From an uncultured Candidatus Micrarchaeota archaeon (GTDB lineage Archaea > Micrarchaeota > Micrarchaeia > Burarchaeales > Fermentimicrarchaeaceae): a stretch of 64,000 bases of DNA. The stretch lies in the NCBI GenBank assembly GCA_903884505.1, contig CAISET010000015.1, positions 10,819-74,818 of the forward strand, in the 5' to 3' direction. The notes beneath the pieces are model-generated. The model did not search any database. It was not told the DNA's origin and saw nothing but the letters and a program-made list of their open reading frames with translations. This document shows positions 6,844-15,900 of the stretch, one piece after another. How positions within the stretch are numbered: the stretch's first letter is position 1; each line of letters starts with the position of its first letter. Both the position numbers and the translations under genes were made by a program.

Positions 6844-9018
6844 ATGTATAAGCAGGCCGTTTCCGCTGCACAGGATGAAAAGGCAAAACCGAACGGCAGG
6901 CGCCTTCTTTCCTCTCTCGAAGCCGAACAGCTTCTCAATAAGTACGACATCACCCTGGCAAAGAGCATGATGCTCCCGCTCGGCGAGATAAACGAATTCA
7001 CGCTGAAGGCCGCTGCCAAGCTCGCAAGGGAGTTCGCAGACGAAACCAAGGGCACATTCGCAATCAAGCTCATTTCGCCCGACGCAGTCCACAAGTCCGA
7101 CGAGGGCTTCGTCCGGCTCGGCGTGCGCCCGAAAAAAATCGAGGACGCACTCTTCGAAATCTGCTCAAGCGCGAAAAGCAAGAACTACAAGATTGAAGGA
7201 ATCCTCGTGCAGGAGATGGCAAAGGAAGGTCTTGAGCTTTTCGTTGGCGGGAAGCAGGACCCGCAGTTCGGCCCCGTGGTCGTCTTCGGCGAGGGCGGCC
7301 TTCTCGTGGAATACCGCAAGGACCTGCATATGAGAATTTGCTCGGTGAACGGCAGCGACCCCGTGGGCATCAGGATGGACATAGACGAGGCGCGCCGGCT
7401 CATAAATGATGCTGCCATAGTCGAGGTGATGGGGGGCATCCGCGGCCTTCCGAAAAGGGATGCGGAGGCTGTCGCCGGGCTTCTCGTAAACGTTGCTACG
7501 CTTCTCTGCGAGCATCCCGAAGTGAAGGAGCTTGACCTCAACCCGGTAATCTCGCACAAGGAGGGCTATTCAATCGTTGATGCAAGGATAGCCGTAGGCG
7601 GTCCCGAGGGGCTCGAGCTCAGGCGCGAGACCGGGATGGATGCGGAGAAGAAGTTGGAAGGCCTGCGCCAAATCATGCACCCGAAAAGCATCGCGGTCAT
7701 CGGCGCCTCAGAGACCAATCCGACCTGCAAGGCAATCGTTGAGAGGATTAAGGGCTCGAAATTCGGGAAGAATGGCGGGCAGTTCTACCTCGTCAGCAAG
7801 AGGTCTCCGGAAAAGGAAACCATCTGTGGCATGGAATATTTCGGCAGCATCTCCGAAATTCCCGGCAGCGTGGACCTTGTGGTAATCGCGGTCCGTCCCG
7901 ACATAGTGCCGGAGATGCTCAGGGAATGCGGGCGCAATGGCGTGAAGGGCGCAATAATAATCACGGACAAGTTCAAGGAGGCTGGCTTCGCGGAACTGGA
8001 GGAGGAACTCGTGAAAGCCTCAAAGGAGAGCGGCGTCCCATACATCGGCCCCAACTGCGTGGGGGTCATCAACCAGCGTTCGGGCGTGGATACGATCTTC
8101 ATTCCCCACGAAAGCTTCCTCGTGCCCGAGAAGCCCGGTGGCATAACCGTGGTCGCGCAGAGCGGCGCGATGGGGGTTTCCACGCTGCGCATGCTGGTTG
8201 GCAGCGGCATATCCTTCGCAAAGTTCATCTCAGTCGGCAATGCCTCCTGCATCAACACCGTCGACCTGCTCCGTTACCTGAAAGACGACCCTGAAACGGC
8301 CGTGATAACTCTCTATGTGGAGGGACTCCCGAACGGCAAGGAGTTCATGCAGCTTGCGCGGGAGGCCAGCGAAACGAAACCGGTCGTCCTGCTCAAGGGT
8401 GGCAAGTCCGACGCAACCTCCAAGGCAGCCAGCTCGCACACCGGCTCCGCAATAGGTTCCTGGGCCATATGGGAGGCCGCGCTCAGGCAGGCCGGAGTGG
8501 CTAGCTGCGGAAGCCTCGCGGAGCTTGCCGCAGTCTCAACCGCATTTGCCACGCAGCCCGTTTCAAAGGGGAAGAGGGTCGGCGTTGTCACAAATGCCGG
8601 CGGATTCGGAGTGCGGATTGCGGACGAGCTGGATGCGAGCAGGCTCGAACTGCCCCAACCCGGCGATGAGTCGAAGGGCAACCCGCTCGACCTACTGGGG
8701 AATTCGGACACCGAAAGTTTCCTGAAGGCGGTGGAAGCTTTCCTCAAGGACCCGAACTTCGATTGCGTAGTGATAGCGCCGGTCTTCGGAACCGCGGGCA
8801 TCGACGTGCAGGGGCTGGCAGAAGGGATACTCAAACTTTCGAAGGACACCAGGAAGCCCATCATTGTGAGCACGCCCCTCCACGGGCCGGTTGAAGGCTT
8901 CGCGAGAATACTCGGGGAGAACGGCATACCAGTCTGCATCTCGGAAAAGGCCACTGCCAAGGTAGTGCGCTCCCTCTGGGCGCGGGGAAGGTTCCTCGAG
9001 CGCTGCAACGGGAACTGA
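6844..9018 (+). CDS. acd: Acetyl-CoA synthetase (ADP-forming), fused beta-alpha (NDP-forming acyl-CoA synthetase)
   Basis: 724 aa. The N-terminal half is an ATP-grasp domain (ACD beta-like). The C-terminal half has CoA-binding and ligase-CoA domains (SIAVIGASE..., GPNCVGVIN, VVTNAGGFGV). Confidence 0.85.
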   Translation: MYKQAVSAAQDEKAKPNGRRLLSSLEAEQLLNKYDITLAKSMMLPLGEINEFTLKAAAKLAREFADETKGTFAIKLISPDAVHKSDEGFVRLGVRPKKIEDALFEICSSAKSKNYKIEGILVQEMAKEGLELFVGGKQDPQFGPVVVFGEGGLLVEYRKDLHMRICSVNGSDPVGIRMDIDEARRLINDAAIVEVMGGIRGLPKRDAEAVAGLLVNVATLLCEHPEVKELDLNPVISHKEGYSIVDARIAVGGPEGLELRRETGMDAEKKLEGLRQIMHPKSIAVIGASETNPTCKAIVERIKGSKFGKNGGQFYLVSKRSPEKETICGMEYFGSISEIPGSVDLVVIAVRPDIVPEMLRECGRNGVKGAIIITDKFKEAGFAELEEELVKASKESGVPYIGPNCVGVINQRSGVDTIFIPHESFLVPEKPGGITVVAQSGAMGVSTLRMLVGSGISFAKFISVGNASCINTVDLLRYLKDDPETAVITLYVEGLPNGKEFMQLAREASETKPVVLLKGGKSDATSKAASSHTGSAIGSWAIWEAALRQAGVASCGSLAELAAVSTAFATQPVSKGKRVGVVTNAGGFGVRIADELDASRLELPQPGDESKGNPLDLLGNSDTESFLKAVEAFLKDPNFDCVVIAPVFGTAGIDVQGLAEGILKLSKDTRKPIIVSTPLHGPVEGFARILGENGIPVCISEKATAKVVRSLWARGRFLERCNGN

Positions 9019-9028
9019 CGTCTCCCAG

Positions 9029-9042
9029 CTTATTATTTAAGC
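9029..9042 (+). promoter_or_regulatory. TATA box cttattatttaagc, 25 bp upstream of the ATG at 9065
   Basis: AT-rich box in a GC-rich background, with spacing matching the other promoters in the window. Confidence 0.4.
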
Positions 9043-9064
9043 AACCGAAGCGAAAAAATTAGCG

Positions 9065-10228
9065 ATGCACGCTGGCAAGGCCGCACTCCTTTCGAAAATC
9101 ACTTCGCGCTATCCCACTCTCCGCTCAGCACCGCTCAAGGAGACGGTTTCGGGCTCCTCCCCGCCTTCTGTTTTCATCGGCACCTACGGCTACCCGAAGG
9201 TCTTCGTCGGCCCCCTCCTCCCCCCTTTCCTCGGCAACACGAAGCTCTACGACACGCCCGAAGAATGGATTCCGCGGGGAATGGAACAGGCGGACGTGAT
9301 GGCAAAGCGCCTGCAGCTCATCCGCGGGAAGGAGGCGGTCGATGTGCGCGACCAGGGGAAGATTTCCGAACTATCAAGGGAAATAGCGCTCGCAAAAAAC
9401 TCCACAGAGGTTGAGGCCACCTTCAAATCAATTCCAAGGGGCGGCTTCCTCAACGAGGAGGTGCAGCCTTTCGGCCCTTCCGCTGACCTGAAGGATTTGA
9501 GAATAAACGGAGGAAAATGGGACCACAAGCTCGAAAAGGCATACAACGACACCGACCTCCGCGCAAAAGACGCCGTCCTCGAGCTCTATGGGGATGGCGC
9601 GCAATTCTCCGACATCCAGCGCGCATTCAGCGTCGGCGCATTCGGCCTGAAGAAGAACAGGAAATTCGTCCCTACCAAATGGAGCATAACCGCAGTCGAC
9701 AGCACCCTCTCCAGCAACCTTCTCTCCGAAATCCAGGCATTCCCGCTCCTCGAAGCCCCGCAAATCTACGAGTTCGAGTCCTTCAGCAACAAATATGCCG
9801 CGCTCTTCTACCCATCCCTCTGGCAATTCGAGTGGATGGAGGCATTCTTCTCGCAATTCCCCGGCTCCCCCCACATCTCAATCTTTGCCGACCACGAATA
9901 TGCGGAGGGGAAGAAGGAATATTCGCAGGTGGGCGGCTGCTACTACTCGGCAAAGCTGGCAGTTTTGGAGAAGATGAAGGAGATGCAGAGGCAGGCAGGC
10001 GTTCTCATCCTCCGCGAGGCCTACTCCGACTACGTTCCGCTCGGCGTCTGGAATGTGAGGGAGAACCTGAGGCAGGCGGTGCAGCAAAAAGCAACGGAGT
10101 TCGACTCCTTCACCGAAGGCCTCAACTACGCCTTCTCCAGGCTCAAGGTTCCCGAGAAGGACTGGCGCCAGAACAGCGAGACGCTGAAGAATAAATTGCG
10201 GCAGTCTAGCCTTTCTTCTTTCCTCTAA
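9065..10228 (+). CDS. Conserved hypothetical protein (possibly Nre-family-like; weak recollection)
   Basis: 387 aa soluble protein with good coding statistics and its own promoter. No motif was recognised with confidence. Confidence 0.45.
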   Translation: MHAGKAALLSKITSRYPTLRSAPLKETVSGSSPPSVFIGTYGYPKVFVGPLLPPFLGNTKLYDTPEEWIPRGMEQADVMAKRLQLIRGKEAVDVRDQGKISELSREIALAKNSTEVEATFKSIPRGGFLNEEVQPFGPSADLKDLRINGGKWDHKLEKAYNDTDLRAKDAVLELYGDGAQFSDIQRAFSVGAFGLKKNRKFVPTKWSITAVDSTLSSNLLSEIQAFPLLEAPQIYEFESFSNKYAALFYPSLWQFEWMEAFFSQFPGSPHISIFADHEYAEGKKEYSQVGGCYYSAKLAVLEKMKEMQRQAGVLILREAYSDYVPLGVWNVRENLRQAVQQKATEFDSFTEGLNYAFSRLKVPEKDWRQNSETLKNKLRQSSLSSFL

Positions 10229-12750
10229 CGCCCCGCAATCCGCATGAGCGACTCCTTGTGGTCCGGAGTCAACAGGAACTCCGGATCGTAGGCGCGCGCA
10301 TCCTCCAGAAGGTAACGCAATCTTCCGATTGGCCTCGTTTCCTTGAACTTTTCGTAGCCGCAGCCGCCGTATTTCGCCGTCCATTCCACCATCGCGTCCA
10401 TCTCCTGCCGGGTTGGTGCAGAGAGCTGCGAGCGTTCGTCTTTCAAATTTCCGGCCAAGGTATTGCGGAGGATTTCGGGCCTCAGGTCGTCATTGAAAAA
10501 TACGTGCGCAACTTCCAACGCGCTCCGCAACTGCGAGACGGGCCCCTCGTATCTGACCAATGCAAGAGCCTCCCTATTCCATCCCTTTGCCCTCGCTTTC
10601 TCCAGCACTTTCCAGCGCGCCCTGACTTCGGGAGGCGCGAACTCCGCCAGGTCCCGCTGCGTAGAGCAGCGGCTTATCCTCCAGATCCGCTCCCCCAGCT
10701 TGCCGGGCAGCTCTTCGCGCAGTTGTGCGCGCCCCATTTTCCAGTATTCGCGCACGGCATGCACTGCGATGTTTCCTGCATCCGCGAACTCGGTTATGGA
10801 TACCTGGGCATGCATCTTCCGGTGCCATGCGCCCTCCAGGCGCTCCTCGGCCACCCCGGCCGCCACCTTCAGCCGCTGGACAAGCGCCTCCTCGCGCGCA
10901 ACGCGCAGCCGTTCCACCCGCGCTTTCAGTTTCGCCGGAAGGACGTTCTCGCGCCGCAGCGCGCCGCTGGGCACGAATAGATACACAAGCCTCGGCTCGG
11001 AGATGTTTGCGGCCTTCGCGGCGCCGGATATTGGCATCAGGAGCGTAGCGGCCCTCCTCCCCGCGCGCATCTCTTCCACGTCTTCCTCGAGGAACTCGAC
11101 CGCTTTTTCGGCGCACTTGAGGTACGTTCTCCTCCATTCGGCGGGGAGCCGCTCGACGCGCATCCTCAGCCCGTCCGGGAGATTCTTGCGCCAAGCGCCG
11201 GCGCTCGGCTTGAAGAAATCGTCAAACTTCCGCGCCTTCAAGTTCCCCTCCTTCGCGGCCTTCGAGATTGGCATCGTGAACTTCGCGCGCTTCCTCCCGG
11301 CCTTAATTTCCCTCAGGTCATTCTCAAGCCATCCTACAAATTTCCCGAGGCATTCGTTGAAGTGCCTCTCATGCGCACCCATGAGGCTCTCGATGCGGTT
11401 TCTGAGGGCTTTCGGGAGGTTCTCGCGCCTCTTGGCATTGCTTGGCCTGAAATAATTTTCTAAGGTGCCCCATTCGATGTTGCCCGCTATGGCAGCATCC
11501 GAGACAGGCATAACGGAAACCGCCTTCCGCTTGCCCGCCTTCATCCCGGCAAGATAATCTTCGTAGAACTTGACCGATTTCTCAAGGCATTCATGGAAGT
11601 GCTTCTCATACGCACCCATGAGCTTCTCAATCCGTTTTCTGAGGCCGTCCGGAAGGTTCTTGCGCTGCTCGGCTTTGCTTGGGACGAAATAATCGGTTAA
11701 GGTGCCCGATTCGATGTTGCCTGCCTCGGCGGCTTCCGAAGTCGGCATACGGGGATTCGCCTTCCGCTTGCCCGCCTTCATTTCCCCAAGATACTCTTCA
11801 TAGAATTTGACTGACTTCCCGAGGCATTCATCGAAGTGCCCCTCATACGCACCCATAAGGTCCCCAATCCGTTTTCTGAGGCCGTCCGGAAGGTTCTTGC
11901 GCAACCCGGCATTGCTTGGAGCGAAATAATTCTGCAAGGTGCCCAACTCAATATTGCCTGCACTTGCGGCATCCGAGACAGGCATATAGGAACTCGCCTT
12001 CTGCTTGCCCGCCTTCATCCCGGCAAGATAATCCTCGTAGAACTTGACCGATTTCTCAAGGCATTCGTTGAAATGCTTCTCATATGTTCCCATAAGGCTT
12101 TCGATGCGGTTTTTGAGGCCTTCCGGAAGATTCTTGCGCAGATCAGCACGGTCTTGTGCGAAATAAGCATTTAAGGTGCCCAATTCAATATTGCCCGCCT
12201 TGGCGGCATCTGAGACGGGCATACGGGAAACCGCCTTCCGCTCGCCCGCCTTCATCCCGGCAAGATAATCCTCATAGTATCTGGCTGATTTCTCAAGGCA
12301 TTCAACGAAGTACTTCCCATATTCATTTCTGAGCGATTTGACGCGTTTTCCGAGGCTATCCGGCAAACTCCGATGCCGTTTCAAGTTCCAGGGGGTGAGG
12401 AAACGGGTCAGCGCAGTCGTCTTCATCTTCGCCTCACGTGCAGCATCGGCCATGGGCATTTTCCTGCTCACGGTTTTCTCTCCGGCTTTCATCTCCCCAA
12501 GGCGGTTCTCAAGGAATCCCAGCGCCTTTTCAATTTTGGCGACTGTTTTCCCGACTCCCGGGCGCAGTCCCTCGCCATCGCCGAGCGCAAGCTTTCCAAT
12601 CAGGGCCCCGGGTTCCGGCATCGCCTGCCCGTTGCTAACAGCAAGAGCCTCCCGTTGAGCGACTTCTTTCCCCGCATGCAGCATACGCAAAATTCCGCTC
12701 TTCAGGTATAAATTGATGGCGCCGGGCCTTGCGCAATTGTTGCAGCCCAT
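10225..12750 (-). CDS. Alpha-helical tandem-repeat protein of unknown function (~8 x 78-aa repeats). The probable true start is the internal MLHAGKEV at ~12684.
   Basis: Up to 841 aa. The repeat unit is LPDGLRKRIExLMGAYEKHFxECLEKSVKFYEDYLAGMKAGKRKAxxxMPVSDAAxAGNIELGTLxNYFxPSNAxxRKN. A TATA-like aatttata box lies inside the first 20 codons, ~25 bp upstream of the internal ATG. Confidence 0.6.
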   Translation of the reverse strand: MGCNNCARPGAINLYLKSGILRMLHAGKEVAQREALAVSNGQAMPEPGALIGKLALGDGEGLRPGVGKTVAKIEKALGFLENRLGEMKAGEKTVSRKMPMADAAREAKMKTTALTRFLTPWNLKRHRSLPDSLGKRVKSLRNEYGKYFVECLEKSARYYEDYLAGMKAGERKAVSRMPVSDAAKAGNIELGTLNAYFAQDRADLRKNLPEGLKNRIESLMGTYEKHFNECLEKSVKFYEDYLAGMKAGKQKASSYMPVSDAASAGNIELGTLQNYFAPSNAGLRKNLPDGLRKRIGDLMGAYEGHFDECLGKSVKFYEEYLGEMKAGKRKANPRMPTSEAAEAGNIESGTLTDYFVPSKAEQRKNLPDGLRKRIEKLMGAYEKHFHECLEKSVKFYEDYLAGMKAGKRKAVSVMPVSDAAIAGNIEWGTLENYFRPSNAKRRENLPKALRNRIESLMGAHERHFNECLGKFVGWLENDLREIKAGRKRAKFTMPISKAAKEGNLKARKFDDFFKPSAGAWRKNLPDGLRMRVERLPAEWRRTYLKCAEKAVEFLEEDVEEMRAGRRAATLLMPISGAAKAANISEPRLVYLFVPSGALRRENVLPAKLKARVERLRVAREEALVQRLKVAAGVAEERLEGAWHRKMHAQVSITEFADAGNIAVHAVREYWKMGRAQLREELPGKLGERIWRISRCSTQRDLAEFAPPEVRARWKVLEKARAKGWNREALALVRYEGPVSQLRSALEVAHVFFNDDLRPEILRNTLAGNLKDERSQLSAPTRQEMDAMVEWTAKYGGCGYEKFKETRPIGRLRYLLEDARAYDPEFLLTPDHKESLMRIAGR
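10650..12570. repeat. Intragenic ~234-bp tandem DNA repeats encoding the 78-aa protein repeats (most similar copies ~11400-12330)
   Basis: Near-identical nucleotide blocks, e.g. ggcattc(g/a)ttgaagtgc..tcatacgcacccatgag, repeated with a 234-bp period. Confidence 0.7.
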
Positions 12751-12835
12751 GCCATTTGCCGCACGCTGCGGCAGCGCAGGCCGAGCCGCTGGCGAGGGGA
12801 TTCGGGAGCAAGTCTGCCGTCGAAAACTCTGGCAA

Positions 12836-12861
12836 CCCTTTTAAAGGCTTCCGTTTAAAGG
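12836..12861 (+). promoter_or_regulatory. Two tandem TATA-like boxes (cccttttaaagg / ccgtttaaagg) upstream of the giant surface-protein gene
   Basis: Same ccttttaa-type consensus as the other promoters, in the divergent intergenic region between the repeat-protein gene (-) and the giant gene (+). Confidence 0.4.
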
Positions 12862-12961
12862 TTTCCTTAGTGGTCGCAGGGCATCCGTCGCCAAAGAATC
12901 TTATCCTAAACGAAGGGTGCCCACTATACTTCCCGAATGCGGAGTCCTACGGGGTGGGTGC

Positions 12962-15900
12962 ATGAAAAATAAGAAAAACCGTGGAGGAGCAGGAGATACC
13001 GCCTCCCAAACTGCGGATTGCGTCTTTTCGTCTGCAGGGAAAGCCATGCTTCTTGTCCCGGTTTTGCTCATAATTTTCTCCCTTAGCGCAAGCGCTGCCG
13101 TTTCATTCAGAGGCGACTGGCCGAACGACGGCAACAGTTACCGCGTTGAGATATATGACCTAGGGCAGGCCAGCCCGTGCGACAATGAGTCGGACAATGG
13201 TACTCTGCTGGCTGGCTCAGGAAACATCCAGGGAAACGACCAATTTGATTCCAACGACGAGTATCTCCTTCCTCTATCCTTGACGTCAAGCGGCAACCTG
13301 TACATATATTTCTGCAACTCAGCAGACAACACGACCCTCGTTTCTTACGTGAGGAACACTACGGCTGGCTCCAATGTGGAGCTTGACTTTGGCAAAGTTG
13401 TGGGCACGGCTGCCACAAACAACGATTTGGGCAGCAAATACGTCCACGTATGCGACGCTTTGAACGGCGGCACCAACATAGCATCGAGCTCAGCACTCAC
13501 TGCTGCGGACGGCTCATATACGCAGTATTATTACCTTGACGAGCCTTCGGTTGCAACGGGAGGAACCAACATCCCTAACCTCTACATCTTCTTTGATAAT
13601 GACAACTCAAACAAATGCACCTTTGACGCGACGAAAATAGCGGGCCTTCACGTAATCCCAAGCACGCAACTGCCTTATAACTACGGCGTAAATATCAGCT
13701 ACTCTCCTGGCACGAAACTCAGCTCGAATGCGCACGCCGACATAATGGCGAGCGGCTACCTCAAGGTCCAGCGCGCTGCAGGGGACAATGAATTCGTCGG
13801 CATGACCGGCGAACTGACTGGCGGGGCAGGCGCATACAACCTCTACTACCAGAATCCGGCTACTGGCACGCTCACTGTTTACGTTTACACCGGCGCAGTC
13901 CCGGACACGACTCCCGAAGAGATTATTACGGGATTGGCGAATGGCGCAAGCGGCAATGCGCTTGACCTGTCGGTCAGGATAAGCGGCAGCGTCCCGAGCG
14001 ATGTCGCTACCGTCACAACGACCATCGGCGGACTGACATACAACGTGAGCACGATAGCAGGCACGCCAAAGACGTACAACCTTTACATACCTACGGGCCA
14101 GGCTCCGGCCATAGCGTTCAAGGACGCCGGCGGAGCCACGCTCTTCACCTATAACTACGGCGCTTCGGTTGGCAGCGACGACACGCTCAACGTCGGGAAG
14201 CTCTACGGAAATGTGCATGCGAACCTGGACGGCGCCGGGAACACTATACAGGTGTTTGAGGACAGTGCATGCACCGCGAACGGGAGCATCGAATCGCTTG
14301 CGGTAGTGCCACATACCGCAAACTCTCCGGACTACGTGGCGTATTTCGCTGACGGCAAGAACTCGACGGGCCCGGACTACTGGGTTGGGATAAATGACAG
14401 CGGCTACACCATTTGCGGCAACGGGTTCCAACTGTCAAGCGAAGAGAGGAACATGGACTTCACATCGCTTATAACCGGGACTGTCTCGGCAGGCATATAC
14501 ACTGCAGGTGCCATGGCACTGGACGCCGACGACGACGGCGTTTATTCCGCGGGAGACCCATTCACCACCCACTTCGACACGTCACACAATTACGAGCTTT
14601 ACGTCAACTCGAGCGGTTCGCACAATATACTGGCATTCTCCACGGTGGCAGGCGGCTACCCGGGCACGCTTGAGCTGAACATCTCAAAAACAATAGCGGT
14701 GGATACGACATTTAACGTCGGGCAGGTTGACTGGCAGGCCGCGAACGTCAGTGCGGACCTCACTGGCGCGAGCGCAGTGTGCGGCACAGGCGCGTGCTGG
14801 CTGAGCGTGTACAACGGCACATCGGATGTTTCGTCCAAAACAAAGACCTTCGCTGCCGATGGCAGCCAGTTCTACGCGGTCCCGGCAGGCACGGTCGACT
14901 TCCAGATATGGGGAGATGGTGGCCTCGTATCCTACGTTTCCGGCTACACTCCGGACGCGGATTACCGGGTCACATTCGAGCCAGGGTATAACGTAACGAT
15001 GACTGCGCCGGCGGGCATGATATGGGCCATAACGGGAGGCGGAACTTTCGCGAACTATTCTTCAAATGCAGCTGGAGAGCAGATATACGTGGACAAGTCC
15101 GAGGAGGAGCTTCCGACCACATACACCTACAGCGCGTATACCACTTCCCCGACCACGCTCAGGCTTAGCTGGGGCAGCAAGGACGCCAGTACCGACGCAA
15201 CGTGGGAGGTTGACAAGGTTTCCGGAGCCTCGCCTGCTATCCTAGACGTTTCAGGAAGCGACACGGGTGACATCCAGGTAGCCTCAAATCTTACGGCCTG
15301 CCGTGCAGGAACCTTCGTGAGCAGCGAATTAGTGCAGCCAGCCAGCGGCAACTATGCACAATATTATGAAGGCTCAGCAGCGACCTATTACGTCAGGGCC
15401 AGATATGCAAAAGCAGGCACGGGCAACTTTGATTCGTGCGTCAAATTCTCAGGTTCAGGTGGCGGTGCCTCGGATACGGCTGGTCTCGTCGAGGTGACGG
15501 GCACGGTCCCATCAACCAGCCTTGGAGTCAAGGACCTAACGGAAGTGGGTGCGGATAATGCCGAACTCAGCGGCTGGACTACTGCGAATGATAGCGGAGA
15601 TGATGCAACAACCCTAAGTTTCTACAGCAATGTCTACCACCTAGTCTCACTCAAAGATACTGCGGCAACCACCGCACACGTGAGGTTTTATATCTCCGGT
15701 CCAGGAGTTGCCTTGATAACACAAGAAGACTTGGCCCTTGCCGGAAGCTCAACAACCGTAAACGTTGATGACATAAGGGGCAATGTTCCGGCACTGCTTG
15801 ATACTGCCGTTTTAGAGGGCAGCACAGCGAGCGGTGAGATATGCGGCGGGACACCACCAATCCCCGGCAGCAAAGTTGCTGTTGCTACAGCAAGCGACCC

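Noticed and set aside
10258-11455. Plus-strand ORFs 10258..10980, 10463..11455 and 10725..11048, antisense to the tandem-repeat protein gene
   Set aside because: Low-complexity Arg/Ser/Ala-rich translations. The minus-strand frame shows a regular 78-aa repeat with conserved hydrophobic periodicity.
13607-14431. Minus-strand ORFs inside the giant gene (13607..14431, 16441..16705, 17834..18247, 20852..21451, 22769..23254, etc.)
   Set aside because: They are embedded antisense in a continuous 10-kb sense ORF with strong repeat and domain structure. They are typical high-GC antisense artefacts.
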